In this document: one piece after another, positions 9,698 through 18,168 of the stretch
How positions within the stretch are numbered: position 1 is the first letter of the stretch
Layout: the number at the start of each line of letters is the position of its first letter
Program-made: the position numbers and the translations under genes
Assembly: GCA_963762465.1 (NCBI GenBank)
Contig: CAVXKS010000011.1
Location: 370,356-434,355, forward strand
Length of the DNA: 64,000 bases
Direction of reading: 5' to 3'
From: an uncultured Acidobacteriaceae bacterium
Lineage (GTDB): Bacteria; Acidobacteriota; Terriglobia; Terriglobales; Acidobacteriaceae
The notes under the pieces: generated by a model
Told to the model about the DNA's origin: nothing
Database searches by the model: none
Seen by the model: the letters and a program-made list of their open reading frames with translations, nothing else

Positions 9698-10570
9698 TCA
9701 GAACGGCACTCTGACCGTAATCACCGTCGCGTGGTTGTAGGTCCTGAAATGCGTCAGCGCGATCTGCTCACCCGCGCCGAACGTCAGCCCCAACCGCCCC
9801 GGTATCCCCCTCGCATCATGCGTCAGCGGAATTCTGCCGATAACCATCCCCGGTGTCGCAAACGTCTGCGCCTTCCTGTCATTCGACCCGCCTTTGAAGA
9901 ACGACGAGTTGAACTCGGTTTCAGGCCACAACCACCTGCCGACACCCGTCTTCATCGCTCGAAACTGAATCGCGTTGTTCCATGCGATCGTGTGCCCCAA
10001 CCCCTTCGCATTCGTCACCGGCAACGACCCGCCCGCAGTCGACTCCAGAGCCAGCCGCCCAAAGCCCTTCCCCACTGCCAGCGTCGGGGTCACTATCGCG
10101 CAGCAGCTTCCGTTGCCGTTCTTCCCGGTTGGTACCGTCCCTGCAAAGAAGAACGTCACAATCGCATTCCCGGCCTCCTCGTTCCGTGAGAACAGGCGCT
10201 CCTTCATCACGAACGACAGATCCCCAAACCCATCCTTAGCTCCGTTCCCGTGATCGACGAACGCCGGCAGATTCACCAGGATCTCGGTGTGCCGCTCCGG
10301 AATCAGCTCCAGCCCTTTGCCGTTGTCATAGGTCCACTGGTACTGCCCTTTGGTGTTGTACTGGTGCACGAAATCCGCGCGAAACTCCTGCTCCAGACGC
10401 GGCGTGACCAGCACCAGCGGCGTAATCCAGTGCGGCTGCGCGGCTTGCGTCGCCGATGCCCTCGCCTGCCACCTTCCCCAGAACGAATCTGGCTGCTGAC
10501 CCTTAGCGATCAGTGCGCCCGTCAATATCACACACAACACCAGCCACCAACCAGCTCTTCTCTTCATCAT
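9698..10570 (-). CDS. putative outer-membrane beta-barrel (transporter/porin-like)
   Basis: Signal peptide, alternating hydrophobic strands, C-terminal ITVRVPF ending in Phe. Confidence 0.6.
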   Translation of the reverse strand: MMKRRAGWWLVLCVILTGALIAKGQQPDSFWGRWQARASATQAAQPHWITPLVLVTPRLEQEFRADFVHQYNTKGQYQWTYDNGKGLELIPERHTEILVNLPAFVDHGNGAKDGFGDLSFVMKERLFSRNEEAGNAIVTFFFAGTVPTGKNGNGSCCAIVTPTLAVGKGFGRLALESTAGGSLPVTNAKGLGHTIAWNNAIQFRAMKTGVGRWLWPETEFNSSFFKGGSNDRKAQTFATPGMVIGRIPLTHDARGIPGRLGLTFGAGEQIALTHFRTYNHATVITVRVPF

Positions 10571-10573
10571 CTG

Positions 10574-10620
10574 CGTATCGACTCAATACGATTCTATGTG
10601 TCGATTTTTTGAATATGCAA
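10574..10620 (-). promoter_or_regulatory. sigma70-like promoter of the barrel gene overlapped by palindromic operator(s)
   Basis: Minus strand TTGCAT-18nt-TAGAAT. 29-bp dyad ATCGACTCAAT-N7-TATGTGTCGAT (10577-10605) and 17-bp dyad CGTATCGACTCAATACG (10574-10590). Confidence 0.6.
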
Positions 10621-10712
10621 ACTGCCGCACCGCCCAGCGCCGCCCCAACTCACCTCTCGCTTCTCACATCTCGCATCTGCGCGCCCCGCGTATACTTCTC
10701 TCCCGAGGTCCC

Positions 10713-11126
10713 ATGCCCAGCGCCGACATCCTCCTTAAGCCCCGCGAAGCCGCAGCCGCCCTTGGCGTCAGCTATCCCACGCTCAAGCAATGGATCCTCG
10801 CCGGCACCATCCGCACGATCAAGACGCCCGGCGGCCACCACCGCATCCCGGAGTCCTCACTCAAGCCGCTGATGAAGTCCCGTCCCGCCGGCAATCCCAA
10901 AACCTCGCGCGATCGCTTCCGCACCGTCTCCGGCCGCAATCAGCTCGTCGGCCGCATCCTCGACGTCAAAATCTCCGGGCTGCTCGCCAAAGTCGTCCTC
11001 GAAATCGCCGACCAACGCATTACCTCGATCATCACCTCCGACGCCGCTCGCGAGATGCAGCTCCGCAAAGGCCAGACGGCCGCCGCCCTCATCAAATCCA
11101 CAGAGGTTATGATCGTCCGCGTGTAG
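10713..11126 (+). CDS. MerR/excisionase-like HTH plus TOBE domain regulator (molybdate-responsive, ModE-like)
   Basis: LLKPREAAAALGVSYPTLKQWI..G.I...KTPGGHHRIP, then SGRNQLVG...ITSIITSDAAREMQL..G..A.ALIKSTEV (TOBE/Mop). Confidence 0.85.
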   Translation: MPSADILLKPREAAAALGVSYPTLKQWILAGTIRTIKTPGGHHRIPESSLKPLMKSRPAGNPKTSRDRFRTVSGRNQLVGRILDVKISGLLAKVVLEIADQRITSIITSDAAREMQLRKGQTAAALIKSTEVMIVRV

Positions 11127-11135
11127 GTAGGCCCC

Positions 11136-11480
11136 ATGCGCTACAGCATCGCGAGAAGATGGAAGCGAGCCAAAGCAACCGTCGAACTCTGCGAGCGCCG
11201 CCATCAGCACCGCGACGGCACACCGATCAGCCCGCGCGACCGCTTCCGCTACGCGATCACCATCAGCTATCCCGTCGACGGCGACCTCTATCTCACCGAT
11301 GTCGTCAGCAACAAGCCGCTCAGAAAAGGCTCGTTCGTCACGGTCCGGTACGATCCACTCGACCCACGCCTCAACAGCCTCAACCACCCGCGCCGCGAGC
11401 GCAAAGCCTTCGCGATCGCGCTGGCCGTCGTCGCTCCGATTGTTCTGATCCTGCTTGTGATTGCGGTCTTTGGGCTGTAG
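11136..11480 (+). CDS. DUF3592-like membrane-anchored protein (paralog 2)
   Basis: WKRAKATV...YAITISYPVDGDLY...VTVRYDPLDP plus C-terminal TM. Confidence 0.65.
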   Translation: MRYSIARRWKRAKATVELCERRHQHRDGTPISPRDRFRYAITISYPVDGDLYLTDVVSNKPLRKGSFVTVRYDPLDPRLNSLNHPRRERKAFAIALAVVAPIVLILLVIAVFGL

Positions 11481-11485
11481 CCGAA

Positions 11486-12508
11486 CTACTCGCCCACCAT
11501 CTCGCGCCCGCGCGACGGGGTCATCCTGCGCAGCACGAACTCCTGCATCACGTTCGCAAATCCATCGAACGCCAGCGCACTCAGCCCGTTTTCCACCACA
11601 AGCATTCCGCCGCGCTCGCCGCCCGGATAGTACAGCCCACTCACCGCACCCGAACCAAAGCTCCCGAGCACGTTCGCGTACGCCGGCTGCCAATGGCCGT
11701 TGTCGCCCCTGCAGATCACCGTCGTCTTCAGCGCGTACCACGTCCGGCTCACCGTGCTTCCTGTGCCCTTGTAGAAATACCGCGGGTCCTGCCGGAAAAC
11801 CATCGGCAGCACCGATCCGGTCAGCAGCGTTCCCACCGTCGCGTCTGCCATGCCCGCGCCAAACCGTCGAGCATACCCCTTCATTCCCTGCTGATACTCC
11901 GGAAACGAATCCGTCGCCTGCTGTCCCGCCGCAACCACGCCGACAAATATCACATTCGCCGGATCGAAGACGGACCTCCACCCGAGCTCAAACTTCAGCT
12001 TCTTCGTGAGCGGCTGCGGATTGGAGTCGTACACCACGTAATAGTTGGGCAGAATTCCGCCGATCCGCTGCGTCTCTTCCTGCCGGACCTGGATCGACGC
12101 CATCTGCTCCTGGGTCACCGCGTTCACCGAAATCACGGCGCCGGCGCGCAGCATCATCGGCTCCAGCTCCACCTGCTGAGCCGGCTCCACGCTGCCCTCT
12201 TTCACGCCGTCCAGCATTCCGTCTTCGCTCGCCGTCACCCTGAACGAGCCCGCCGGCACATCCTCAAAACAGAACCGCCCATCGCTTCCGCTCGCCAGCT
12301 TGTGGGCCGCGCCGTCCGCAAGCAGCACCACCTGCGCTCCCGGAATCAGCGCGCCCTGCTCATCCTCGATCACACCACTTACGCGAGCCGCGCTCGGAGA
12401 CGACATCGCCGACGGCCCCTGCGCGACCGCGCACACCGTCGCCAGGATCAGCCCGACCATCACGCCAACCCGTGCTCCCGCCCTCGCCACCAGCCGTGCC
12501 CGATTCAC
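11486..12508 (-). CDS. carboxypeptidase-like regulatory domain protein (acidobacterial secreted family)
   Basis: VSGVIEDEQGALIPGAQV; QRIGGILPNYY; FRQDPRYF. Confidence 0.75.
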   Translation of the reverse strand: MNRARLVARAGARVGVMVGLILATVCAVAQGPSAMSSPSAARVSGVIEDEQGALIPGAQVVLLADGAAHKLASGSDGRFCFEDVPAGSFRVTASEDGMLDGVKEGSVEPAQQVELEPMMLRAGAVISVNAVTQEQMASIQVRQEETQRIGGILPNYYVVYDSNPQPLTKKLKFELGWRSVFDPANVIFVGVVAAGQQATDSFPEYQQGMKGYARRFGAGMADATVGTLLTGSVLPMVFRQDPRYFYKGTGSTVSRTWYALKTTVICRGDNGHWQPAYANVLGSFGSGAVSGLYYPGGERGGMLVVENGLSALAFDGFANVMQEFVLRRMTPSRGREMVGE

Positions 12509-12566
12509 CCGCCCAGCCTAGCCGCGCCCACCCACCAAAGCCATAACCCCTCCGTACAATCAGGTA

Positions 12567-13199
12567 ATGACGCTTCGGCTCGCCCCCACAGACGCGCTTC
12601 TGGTCATCGACATGCAATGCGACTTCCTCCCCGGCGGCTCTTTAGCTGTCCCCGACGGGGACAAGATCATCCCCAGCATCAACCGCATCGCGACCAAATT
12701 CCACCACGTGATCCTCACTCAGGACTGGCACCCCCTCGGCCACATCTCCTTTGCCAGCTCCCACCCCGGCAAGCAGCCCTTCACCGATACCGTCCAAACC
12801 CCGTACGGAACCCAGACCCTCTGGCCCGACCACTGCGTCCAGGGAACCCCGGGCGCCGACATCGACCCCCGCGTCCAAATCCCCCACGGCGAGCTTATCC
12901 TCCGCAAAGGCTTCCGCCGCGACATCGACAGCTACTCGGCTTTTCTCGAGGATGATCACCAGACACCTACCGGCCTCGCCGGCTACCTTCGCGAGCGCAA
13001 CCTGCACCGCCTCTTTCTCTGCGGCCTGGCCTACGACTTCTGCGTCGGCTTCTCCGCGATCGACGGCGCCCGCCTCGGCTTCACCTGCCTCGTCCTCGAA
13101 GACCTCTCCCGCGCCGTAGCCCTGCCCGGCACTGTCGAAAAAGCCAACGCCTGCTTTGCGGAGTGGGACGTGAAACGAATCGCCAGTCACAATATCTAA
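12567..13199 (+). CDS. pncA: nicotinamidase/pyrazinamidase
   Basis: VIDMQCDFLPGGSLAV, QDWHP, WPDHCVQGT, GLAYDFCV. Confidence 0.93.
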   Translation: MTLRLAPTDALLVIDMQCDFLPGGSLAVPDGDKIIPSINRIATKFHHVILTQDWHPLGHISFASSHPGKQPFTDTVQTPYGTQTLWPDHCVQGTPGADIDPRVQIPHGELILRKGFRRDIDSYSAFLEDDHQTPTGLAGYLRERNLHRLFLCGLAYDFCVGFSAIDGARLGFTCLVLEDLSRAVALPGTVEKANACFAEWDVKRIASHNI

Positions 13200-13207
13200 G
13201 GGGAGAC

Positions 13208-13543
13208 GTGGAAACAAAGGGCCAGTGGAGGACAGCAACCGCGACCATCTACTCTGCAGATTGGATTCCTCCGGAGGGAAGGCAGCGAGGTTGCTGGAAG
13301 GTCTCGTATAGTTACTGGGTCGACGGTGAGGTCTATAGCGGTTTCATGACCGACTTCGCTACGGATAGCGAGGTGGCATATCAGAAAGACGACACATTTC
13401 CAATCGAATACTCATTGCAGAAACCCGAAGAAAGCCGAGTTCCAGGCTTAGTCTCCTACTGGCAAAAGGTACGACTCCCATTCGCGATCGGAATTGCCCT
13501 GGGGCTGGTTGCAATAGTCCTCTACTTGGTCAGGCACCTCTGA
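13208..13543 (+). CDS. DUF3592-like membrane-anchored protein (paralog 3, lower GC)
   Basis: WRTATATI...VSYSYWVDGEVYSG...FPIEYS..KP plus TM. GTG start after GGAG. Confidence 0.65.
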   Translation: METKGQWRTATATIYSADWIPPEGRQRGCWKVSYSYWVDGEVYSGFMTDFATDSEVAYQKDDTFPIEYSLQKPEESRVPGLVSYWQKVRLPFAIGIALGLVAIVLYLVRHL

Positions 13544-13917
13544 TGGAGGTAAACCCGCTCAGCACACGTGACGCCTGGCCCGAAGCCATAGCCACCGTAA
13601 CGTCCTGCAAATACGAGTTCGGCGCCGGCCGCGCGCTCGCCTTCGGCCTGCCCTCCGCACGCCACTTCCGCATCACCTACAACTACTGGGCGCGCAACGC
13701 CGACAACGTCGACGAGCTCCACACCGCTGAACTCACCTCAGAAAAAGCAATGCACGTCGGCACACTCTTCCCCATCCGCTTTAACCCCGACGCTGCCCAC
13801 GAAACCACCCACTTCTCCGCAGCGCCCGAGCCCACCCGCAACCCACTCCTCGTCATTGCCATCGTCGGCTCCATCGTCCTCTCGCTCGCCTGGCTCCTGA
13901 TCCTCCGCGGCTGCTGA
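13543..13917 (+). CDS. DUF3592-like membrane-anchored protein (paralog 4)
   Basis: WPEAIATV...FRITYNYW...FPIRFNPDAA plus TM. TGATG overlap with paralog 3. Confidence 0.65.
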   Translation: MEVNPLSTRDAWPEAIATVTSCKYEFGAGRALAFGLPSARHFRITYNYWARNADNVDELHTAELTSEKAMHVGTLFPIRFNPDAAHETTHFSAAPEPTRNPLLVIAIVGSIVLSLAWLLILRGC

Positions 13918-13940
13918 TCGTTCAATCTGCCACTATCCGC

Positions 13941-14022
13941 CTTGGCGCGCCTTTGCGAACCTTCGCGCTCTTTGCGTCAAAGCCTTTGCCTTGCTTTCAC
14001 TAACCACTAACAACTAACCACT
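13941..14022. repeat. composite short tandem repeats (CTT[GTC]GCG 9-10-mers, GCCTTTGCC, then CACTAAC/CAACTAAC heptamers)
   Basis: Read directly between convergent genes. Confidence 0.65.
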
Positions 14023-14026
14023 CGCC

Positions 14027-14623
14027 TCACAACCCCAACTCCTCCGCCCTCGCCTGCATCGCCGCTAAACAATTCCCGACATGCTCGTCCAGACTCAACC
14101 CCAACAACTCCGCGCCATGCGTAATATCCTCGCGCTTCACCGCCCGCGCGAACGCCTTGTCCTTCATCTTCTTCTTCACGCCCGCAACCTCCACCTCCGC
14201 AATCTTTTTCGAAGGCTTCACCAGCGCACACGCCGTCAGGAAGCCCGCCAGCTCATCGCACGCAAACAGCGCGCGGTCCAGATGCGTCTCCGGCTTCACG
14301 CCCGAATAATCCGCATGCGCGAGGATCGCATGCAGAATCTCCTCCGGCCATCTGTTCTCCCTCAAACACGCGACGCCCACAAACGGATGCTCCGCCGGCG
14401 TCGGATGCTTCTCATAGTCGAAGTCGTGCAGCAGCCCCGCACACCTGTACGTCTCCGCAAACGTCGCCGCATCATCCCAGCTGAGCCCCTGCCGCGCCGC
14501 CTCGCGCACACCATAGCTCTCCGTGCACGCCGCCACTGCCAGGCAGTGCTTCACCAGCGACTCACTCTTCGTCCACTCCCGCAACAACTCTTCCGCCTCC
14601 GCCGCACTACACCCCTTCGCCAT
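14027..14623 (-). CDS. HD-domain phosphohydrolase (HDIG-type)
   Basis: KHCLAVA, GLLHDFDYE, ILAHA, FACDELAGF. Confidence 0.85.
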   Translation of the reverse strand: MAKGCSAAEAEELLREWTKSESLVKHCLAVAACTESYGVREAARQGLSWDDAATFAETYRCAGLLHDFDYEKHPTPAEHPFVGVACLRENRWPEEILHAILAHADYSGVKPETHLDRALFACDELAGFLTACALVKPSKKIAEVEVAGVKKKMKDKAFARAVKREDITHGAELLGLSLDEHVGNCLAAMQARAEELGL

Positions 14624-14882
14624 CCTCGCCTCACAATCTGTAGTGTCTACTCTCTCGCACTTCCTAACTCCTCACCCCTCACTCCCTAACTCAGCGCGCT
14701 GACCGCGCTATTTACCACCCTGATTCCCTCTTCGGTTTTTTCCGGTTTTTCTGCCAGCATCTTCTGCGATACCTCTTGACTCTTCCGGCACCGGGTGTCA
14801 CAGTAGGCACATCGCTCACCCCCTTATCGGACGTGACGCGCTGCGGTGCCCCGCTCTGGCAGCCGCCCGCAACAACAAAAAC

Positions 14883-15455
14883 ATGGCTACAGGACTGGCT
14901 CCAATCGCCGTACCAACGCCCCCGACCCAACCAGTGGTCAGCGCTGAACGCGAGGTCCTCCGGTGCGACCACTGCAAGCTCGTGCAGTTCCGCACCGCGA
15001 ACGACGTCTGCCGAAAGTGCAAAAAGTCTCTGCTCCCGGACGTTCCAAAAGTTCAACTCATCGCTGTCGCCTCTGAACCCGAAGGCGCTCCTCAGGCCGA
15101 GGGCATCCAGGTCGCCGCGGCCGTGCGCGATCTCCGCCACGTCCGCAATCTTTCGCAGCGGCAACTCGCCACGCGCATGAACGTCCCGCGCACCTACATC
15201 TCCAAGATCGAGAACGGCAAAGCCATGCCGACGCTCTCGTCCCTTGACCGCCTCGCACGCGCCCTCCAGGTCGACATCTCCGCCCTGCTCCGCGACGCGC
15301 CCACGCGCCACAAGGACGAGACCGCCGTGCTCATGACCGACCCCTTCCTCGCCGAGATCGCGAAGTACACCGCGCATCTCACCGCGACGCAGAAGTCGAT
15401 CTTCCTCAACCACGTCCGCGAGATCGCGCAAGGGCGTGCCCGCAAGCTGGCCTAA
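14883..15455 (+). CDS. XRE-family HTH regulator with N-terminal Zn ribbon
   Basis: CDHC...CRKC, then LSQRQLA.RMNVPRTYISKIENGKAMPTLSSL. Confidence 0.85.
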   Translation: MATGLAPIAVPTPPTQPVVSAEREVLRCDHCKLVQFRTANDVCRKCKKSLLPDVPKVQLIAVASEPEGAPQAEGIQVAAAVRDLRHVRNLSQRQLATRMNVPRTYISKIENGKAMPTLSSLDRLARALQVDISALLRDAPTRHKDETAVLMTDPFLAEIAKYTAHLTATQKSIFLNHVREIAQGRARKLA

Positions 15456-15487
15456 ACTCCCGGCTTCGCTCCACCGTCAGACCTCCA

Positions 15488-15530
15488 GGCGTCGCGCATT
15501 AGCCCGCACCGCGGGCAACGTAGCGACGCC
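15488..15530. repeat. nested hairpin / REP-like palindrome between convergent genes
   Basis: GGCGTCGC...GCGACGCC outer stem enclosing GCCCGC-ACC-GCGGGC. Confidence 0.55.
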
Positions 15531-15539
15531 TCTCCGTTT

Positions 15540-15869
15540 TCATGGCGAGGTTGTCACATCTCGGCCGACTAGCCGCCCGTTCTCATCGAATCGGAACACC
15601 CAGTAAGCTGGCAACGCACGCGCAACCGATGACGGATAGATCATCAGGTGTGAACAACCAGATTGATCTGCGAAAGTCGCAATACATGCCGACCTGTCCA
15701 AGGGCTTACCGAGTCTCCGGCTCACATCCGATCGAGTTGCACCGGCAGGCAATTCCTCGAACGCCCTTTCGATCCTGTGATTTCGATGAACACTCCATGA
15801 CAACCATCCGGCACTCGCGATAACAAAGCCTGCGACTCCGGTGACACCGAATCGCGCAAACCGTCTCAT
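15540..15869 (-). CDS. hypothetical membrane-anchored protein, BamE/SmpA-like pattern (lower GC)
   Basis: N-terminal TM; GATRSDVSRRLGKP...VFRFDENGRLV. Confidence 0.5.
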   Translation of the reverse strand: MRRFARFGVTGVAGFVIASAGWLSWSVHRNHRIERAFEELPAGATRSDVSRRLGKPLDRSACIATFADQSGCSHLMIYPSSVARALPAYWVFRFDENGRLVGRDVTTSP

Positions 15870-15993
15870 AGTTGGTTGAATCCTGAGCTTACATCCGTCT
15901 GGCCCGCGGTCCCCGCCAAATTTCAGCTTTCCTGATCCCTGGTCCCTGTTCCCTGATCCCTCGCATCAGCTATCCTCAAATCAGCGAGTCGCC

Positions 15994-16932
15994 GTGCCCC
16001 ACCCCTCCTCCAGCCGCGCCTATCAGCGTTCTAATCGCGCGCACGAGCTCTCCCCCGAGGAGCGCGCCATCTACGACACGCTCGACCTCACACGTCTCCC
16101 GCAGCACGTCGCCATCATCATGGACGGCAACGGCCGCTGGGCCGGCAAGCGCGCTCTCAAGCGCTTCCTCGGCCACCAGCAGGGCGCCGAATCCGTCCAG
16201 TACGTCGTTGAAACCGCCTCGCGGATCGACGTCCCCTGGATCACCCTCTACGCCTTCTCGCTCGAAAACAACCTGCGCCGCCCCGCGACCGAGGTCAGCT
16301 TCCTGATGAAGCTGCTCCGCAACTATCTCGTCTCCAACGTCGAACGCATGAACGCCAACAACATCCGCATGACATACATCGGCCGCACGCATGAGCTCCC
16401 CTCCGAGGTGCAGGACACCATGCATTGGGCTGAGGAGCAGACCGCCAAAAACACCGGCACAACTCTCACCCTCGCGCTCAACTACGGCTCGCGTTCTGAA
16501 ATCACCGACGCCGTCCGCCGCATCCTCACCGACCTCACCACCGAGGCCCACACCCGCGGCTGCTCTGTCGAAGACATTCTCGGCGCCGGCGCGCTCGACT
16601 CCCTCGACGAGTCCACCATCGCCGGCGCGCTCTACACCGCCGGCATGCCCGACCCCGACCTCGTCATCCGCACCTCCGGCGAGCAGCGCATCTCCAACTT
16701 CCTTCTCTGGCAGATCGCCTACGCCGAGATCTTCATCACCGACCGCCTCTGGCCCGACTTCCGCGGCCTCCATCTCATCGAGGCCATCGCCGACTACCAG
16801 CGCCGCGACCGCCGCTTCGGGGGCCTCAGCGAAAACTCAGACGAGAAGATCGAGACCCTGCAACCCGTCTCCGAGCTCGAATCCGAGATTGCCAAAGAGC
16901 TGCAACCCCCACCCGCCCTCACCCGCCGGTAA
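15994..16932 (+). CDS. uppS: undecaprenyl diphosphate synthase (isoprenyl transferase)
   Basis: HVAIIMDGNGRWA, YAFSLEN, ALNYGSR, DPDLVIRTSGEQRISNFLLWQ. Confidence 0.95.
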   Translation: MPHPSSSRAYQRSNRAHELSPEERAIYDTLDLTRLPQHVAIIMDGNGRWAGKRALKRFLGHQQGAESVQYVVETASRIDVPWITLYAFSLENNLRRPATEVSFLMKLLRNYLVSNVERMNANNIRMTYIGRTHELPSEVQDTMHWAEEQTAKNTGTTLTLALNYGSRSEITDAVRRILTDLTTEAHTRGCSVEDILGAGALDSLDESTIAGALYTAGMPDPDLVIRTSGEQRISNFLLWQIAYAEIFITDRLWPDFRGLHLIEAIADYQRRDRRFGGLSENSDEKIETLQPVSELESEIAKELQPPPALTRR

Positions 16933-16977
16933 ACAAGCGGCGCAGCCTCGCCTACTGCTGTTCTGGTTGGTAGGCAC

Positions 16978-17339
16978 GCGAAGCGTGAAGGCACTCTCAA
17001 GCTGCACACGGCGTTCAGTCACTGGGGATTTCACGCGATCAGTCTTGACTACGAGAACAACGTGCTCACGGTCATTTGTGCACAGAGTGAGGACGCCAGC
17101 TGCTGAGTCTCAAGGACGAGTTCAATAAGCAGCATCAGATTGCAAACTGTTCAGTGTTGATGAACCTCTCGCCGGAGCAGGCGAAGCAGGAGACGCCGAT
17201 GCTCGAGCCTGGCGAAACGATTCAGGGCCGCCCGCGAATTCTCGTCAACGATATAGCGACGAAAGATCATCACAGCTCGACTCTCCTGCCGGAATTCGAG
17301 AACGTGTGGAGGTACATGGCCGCGACGAACGCGTACTAA
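16978..17339 (+). CDS. hypothetical protein of about 120 aa, apparently broken by a 1-nt deletion near 17096
   Basis: Frame KREGTLKLHTAFSHWGFHAISLDYENNVLTVICAQSEDA joins QLLSLKDEFNKQHQIANCSVLMNLSPEQAK...WRYMAATNAY. No canonical start codon is visible. Confidence 0.4.
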
Positions 17340-17448
17340 GCGTCGGTAACTGCTGTCATGGGCCTCGGTTGCCGGAGGCTGAGAAGCGATAACCGAGGCA
17401 CGAACGGGGTATCCGCTTACCCAACCCTGGATGGTAGTCTCATAATCA

Positions 17449-18135
17449 GTGCTCCCCGGCCGGCTCCAATGTGCCCTGATCATTGCGGTTGTCGCGTTCG
17501 TGTGTGCTACGGCGCATGCGTTTGATCGCGTGACGCTGCGGAACGGTTTCAGCTACGACTGCAATCACCGGGAGCCGCTCGCCGATGGACGCGTGAGGTT
17601 GTTTCTGAGCAGCGGGGTGGATGCGAGCTATATCGATCTGCCCGCCGCGGAGATTGAATCCGTGGCGACGCTGCCGGACGAGCCTCCTGTTGTGGCGCCT
17701 AAGACGACAGTCCCTTCCAACGCTGACATGCGAAGTCTTTTGAGCGACGCGGGCGCGCAGCATGATATCGATGTGGAACTGCTGGCGAGCGTCGTGCATG
17801 CGGAGAGCGATGGACGGGCCAATGCTGTCTCGCGAACCGGAGCACAGGGCCTGATGCAGCTCATGCCGGGCACGGCTCACAATCTCGGCGTCAAAGATAG
17901 ATTTGAGCCCGCGCAGAACATCAATGGCGGCACGGCGTACCTGGACGAACTGCTGACGCGCTACCACGACAATCTGGCGCTGGCACTAGCTGCGTACAAC
18001 GCTGGACCAGCGGCGGTTGATAAGTATCACGGGATTCCGCCGTATCGCGAGACGCGGGCGTATGTAGCGCGCGTCATGAATGAATTCAAGCGGCGCAAGC
18101 TCGCGGCAGAACGCGCGGCGATTGCCAGCAGGTAA
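17449..18135 (+). CDS. lytic transglycosylase (SLT domain)
   Basis: VVHAES, AVSRTGAQGLMQLMP, LAAYNAGP, PYRETRAYV. Confidence 0.92.
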   Translation: MLPGRLQCALIIAVVAFVCATAHAFDRVTLRNGFSYDCNHREPLADGRVRLFLSSGVDASYIDLPAAEIESVATLPDEPPVVAPKTTVPSNADMRSLLSDAGAQHDIDVELLASVVHAESDGRANAVSRTGAQGLMQLMPGTAHNLGVKDRFEPAQNINGGTAYLDELLTRYHDNLALALAAYNAGPAAVDKYHGIPPYRETRAYVARVMNEFKRRKLAAERAAIASR

Positions 18136-18168
18136 ATACCTTTCCGAACAAGCAGGAGCCCAGGGCTG

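Noticed and set aside
10713-10870. Phage excisionase
   Set aside because: The Xis-like HTH is fused to a TOBE domain and there are no phage genes; it is read as a regulator.
10790-12955. Long alternative ORFs (e.g. 721 aa at 10790, 511 aa at 39717, 485 aa at 8257, 430 aa at 52689)
   Set aside because: Arg/Pro/Ala-rich shadow frames overlapping or antisense to well-supported genes; expected in GC-rich DNA.
14806-14850. Riboswitch in the XRE leader (GGCAC/GTGCC closing stem)
   Set aside because: The 5' arm lies only about 2 nt from the putative -10 and may not be transcribed. No known aptamer motif recognised.
14883-15869. MqsRA-like toxin-antitoxin pair
   Set aside because: The neighbours of the Zn-XRE gene are a divergent HD hydrolase and a convergent membrane protein. 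No co-transcribed toxin.
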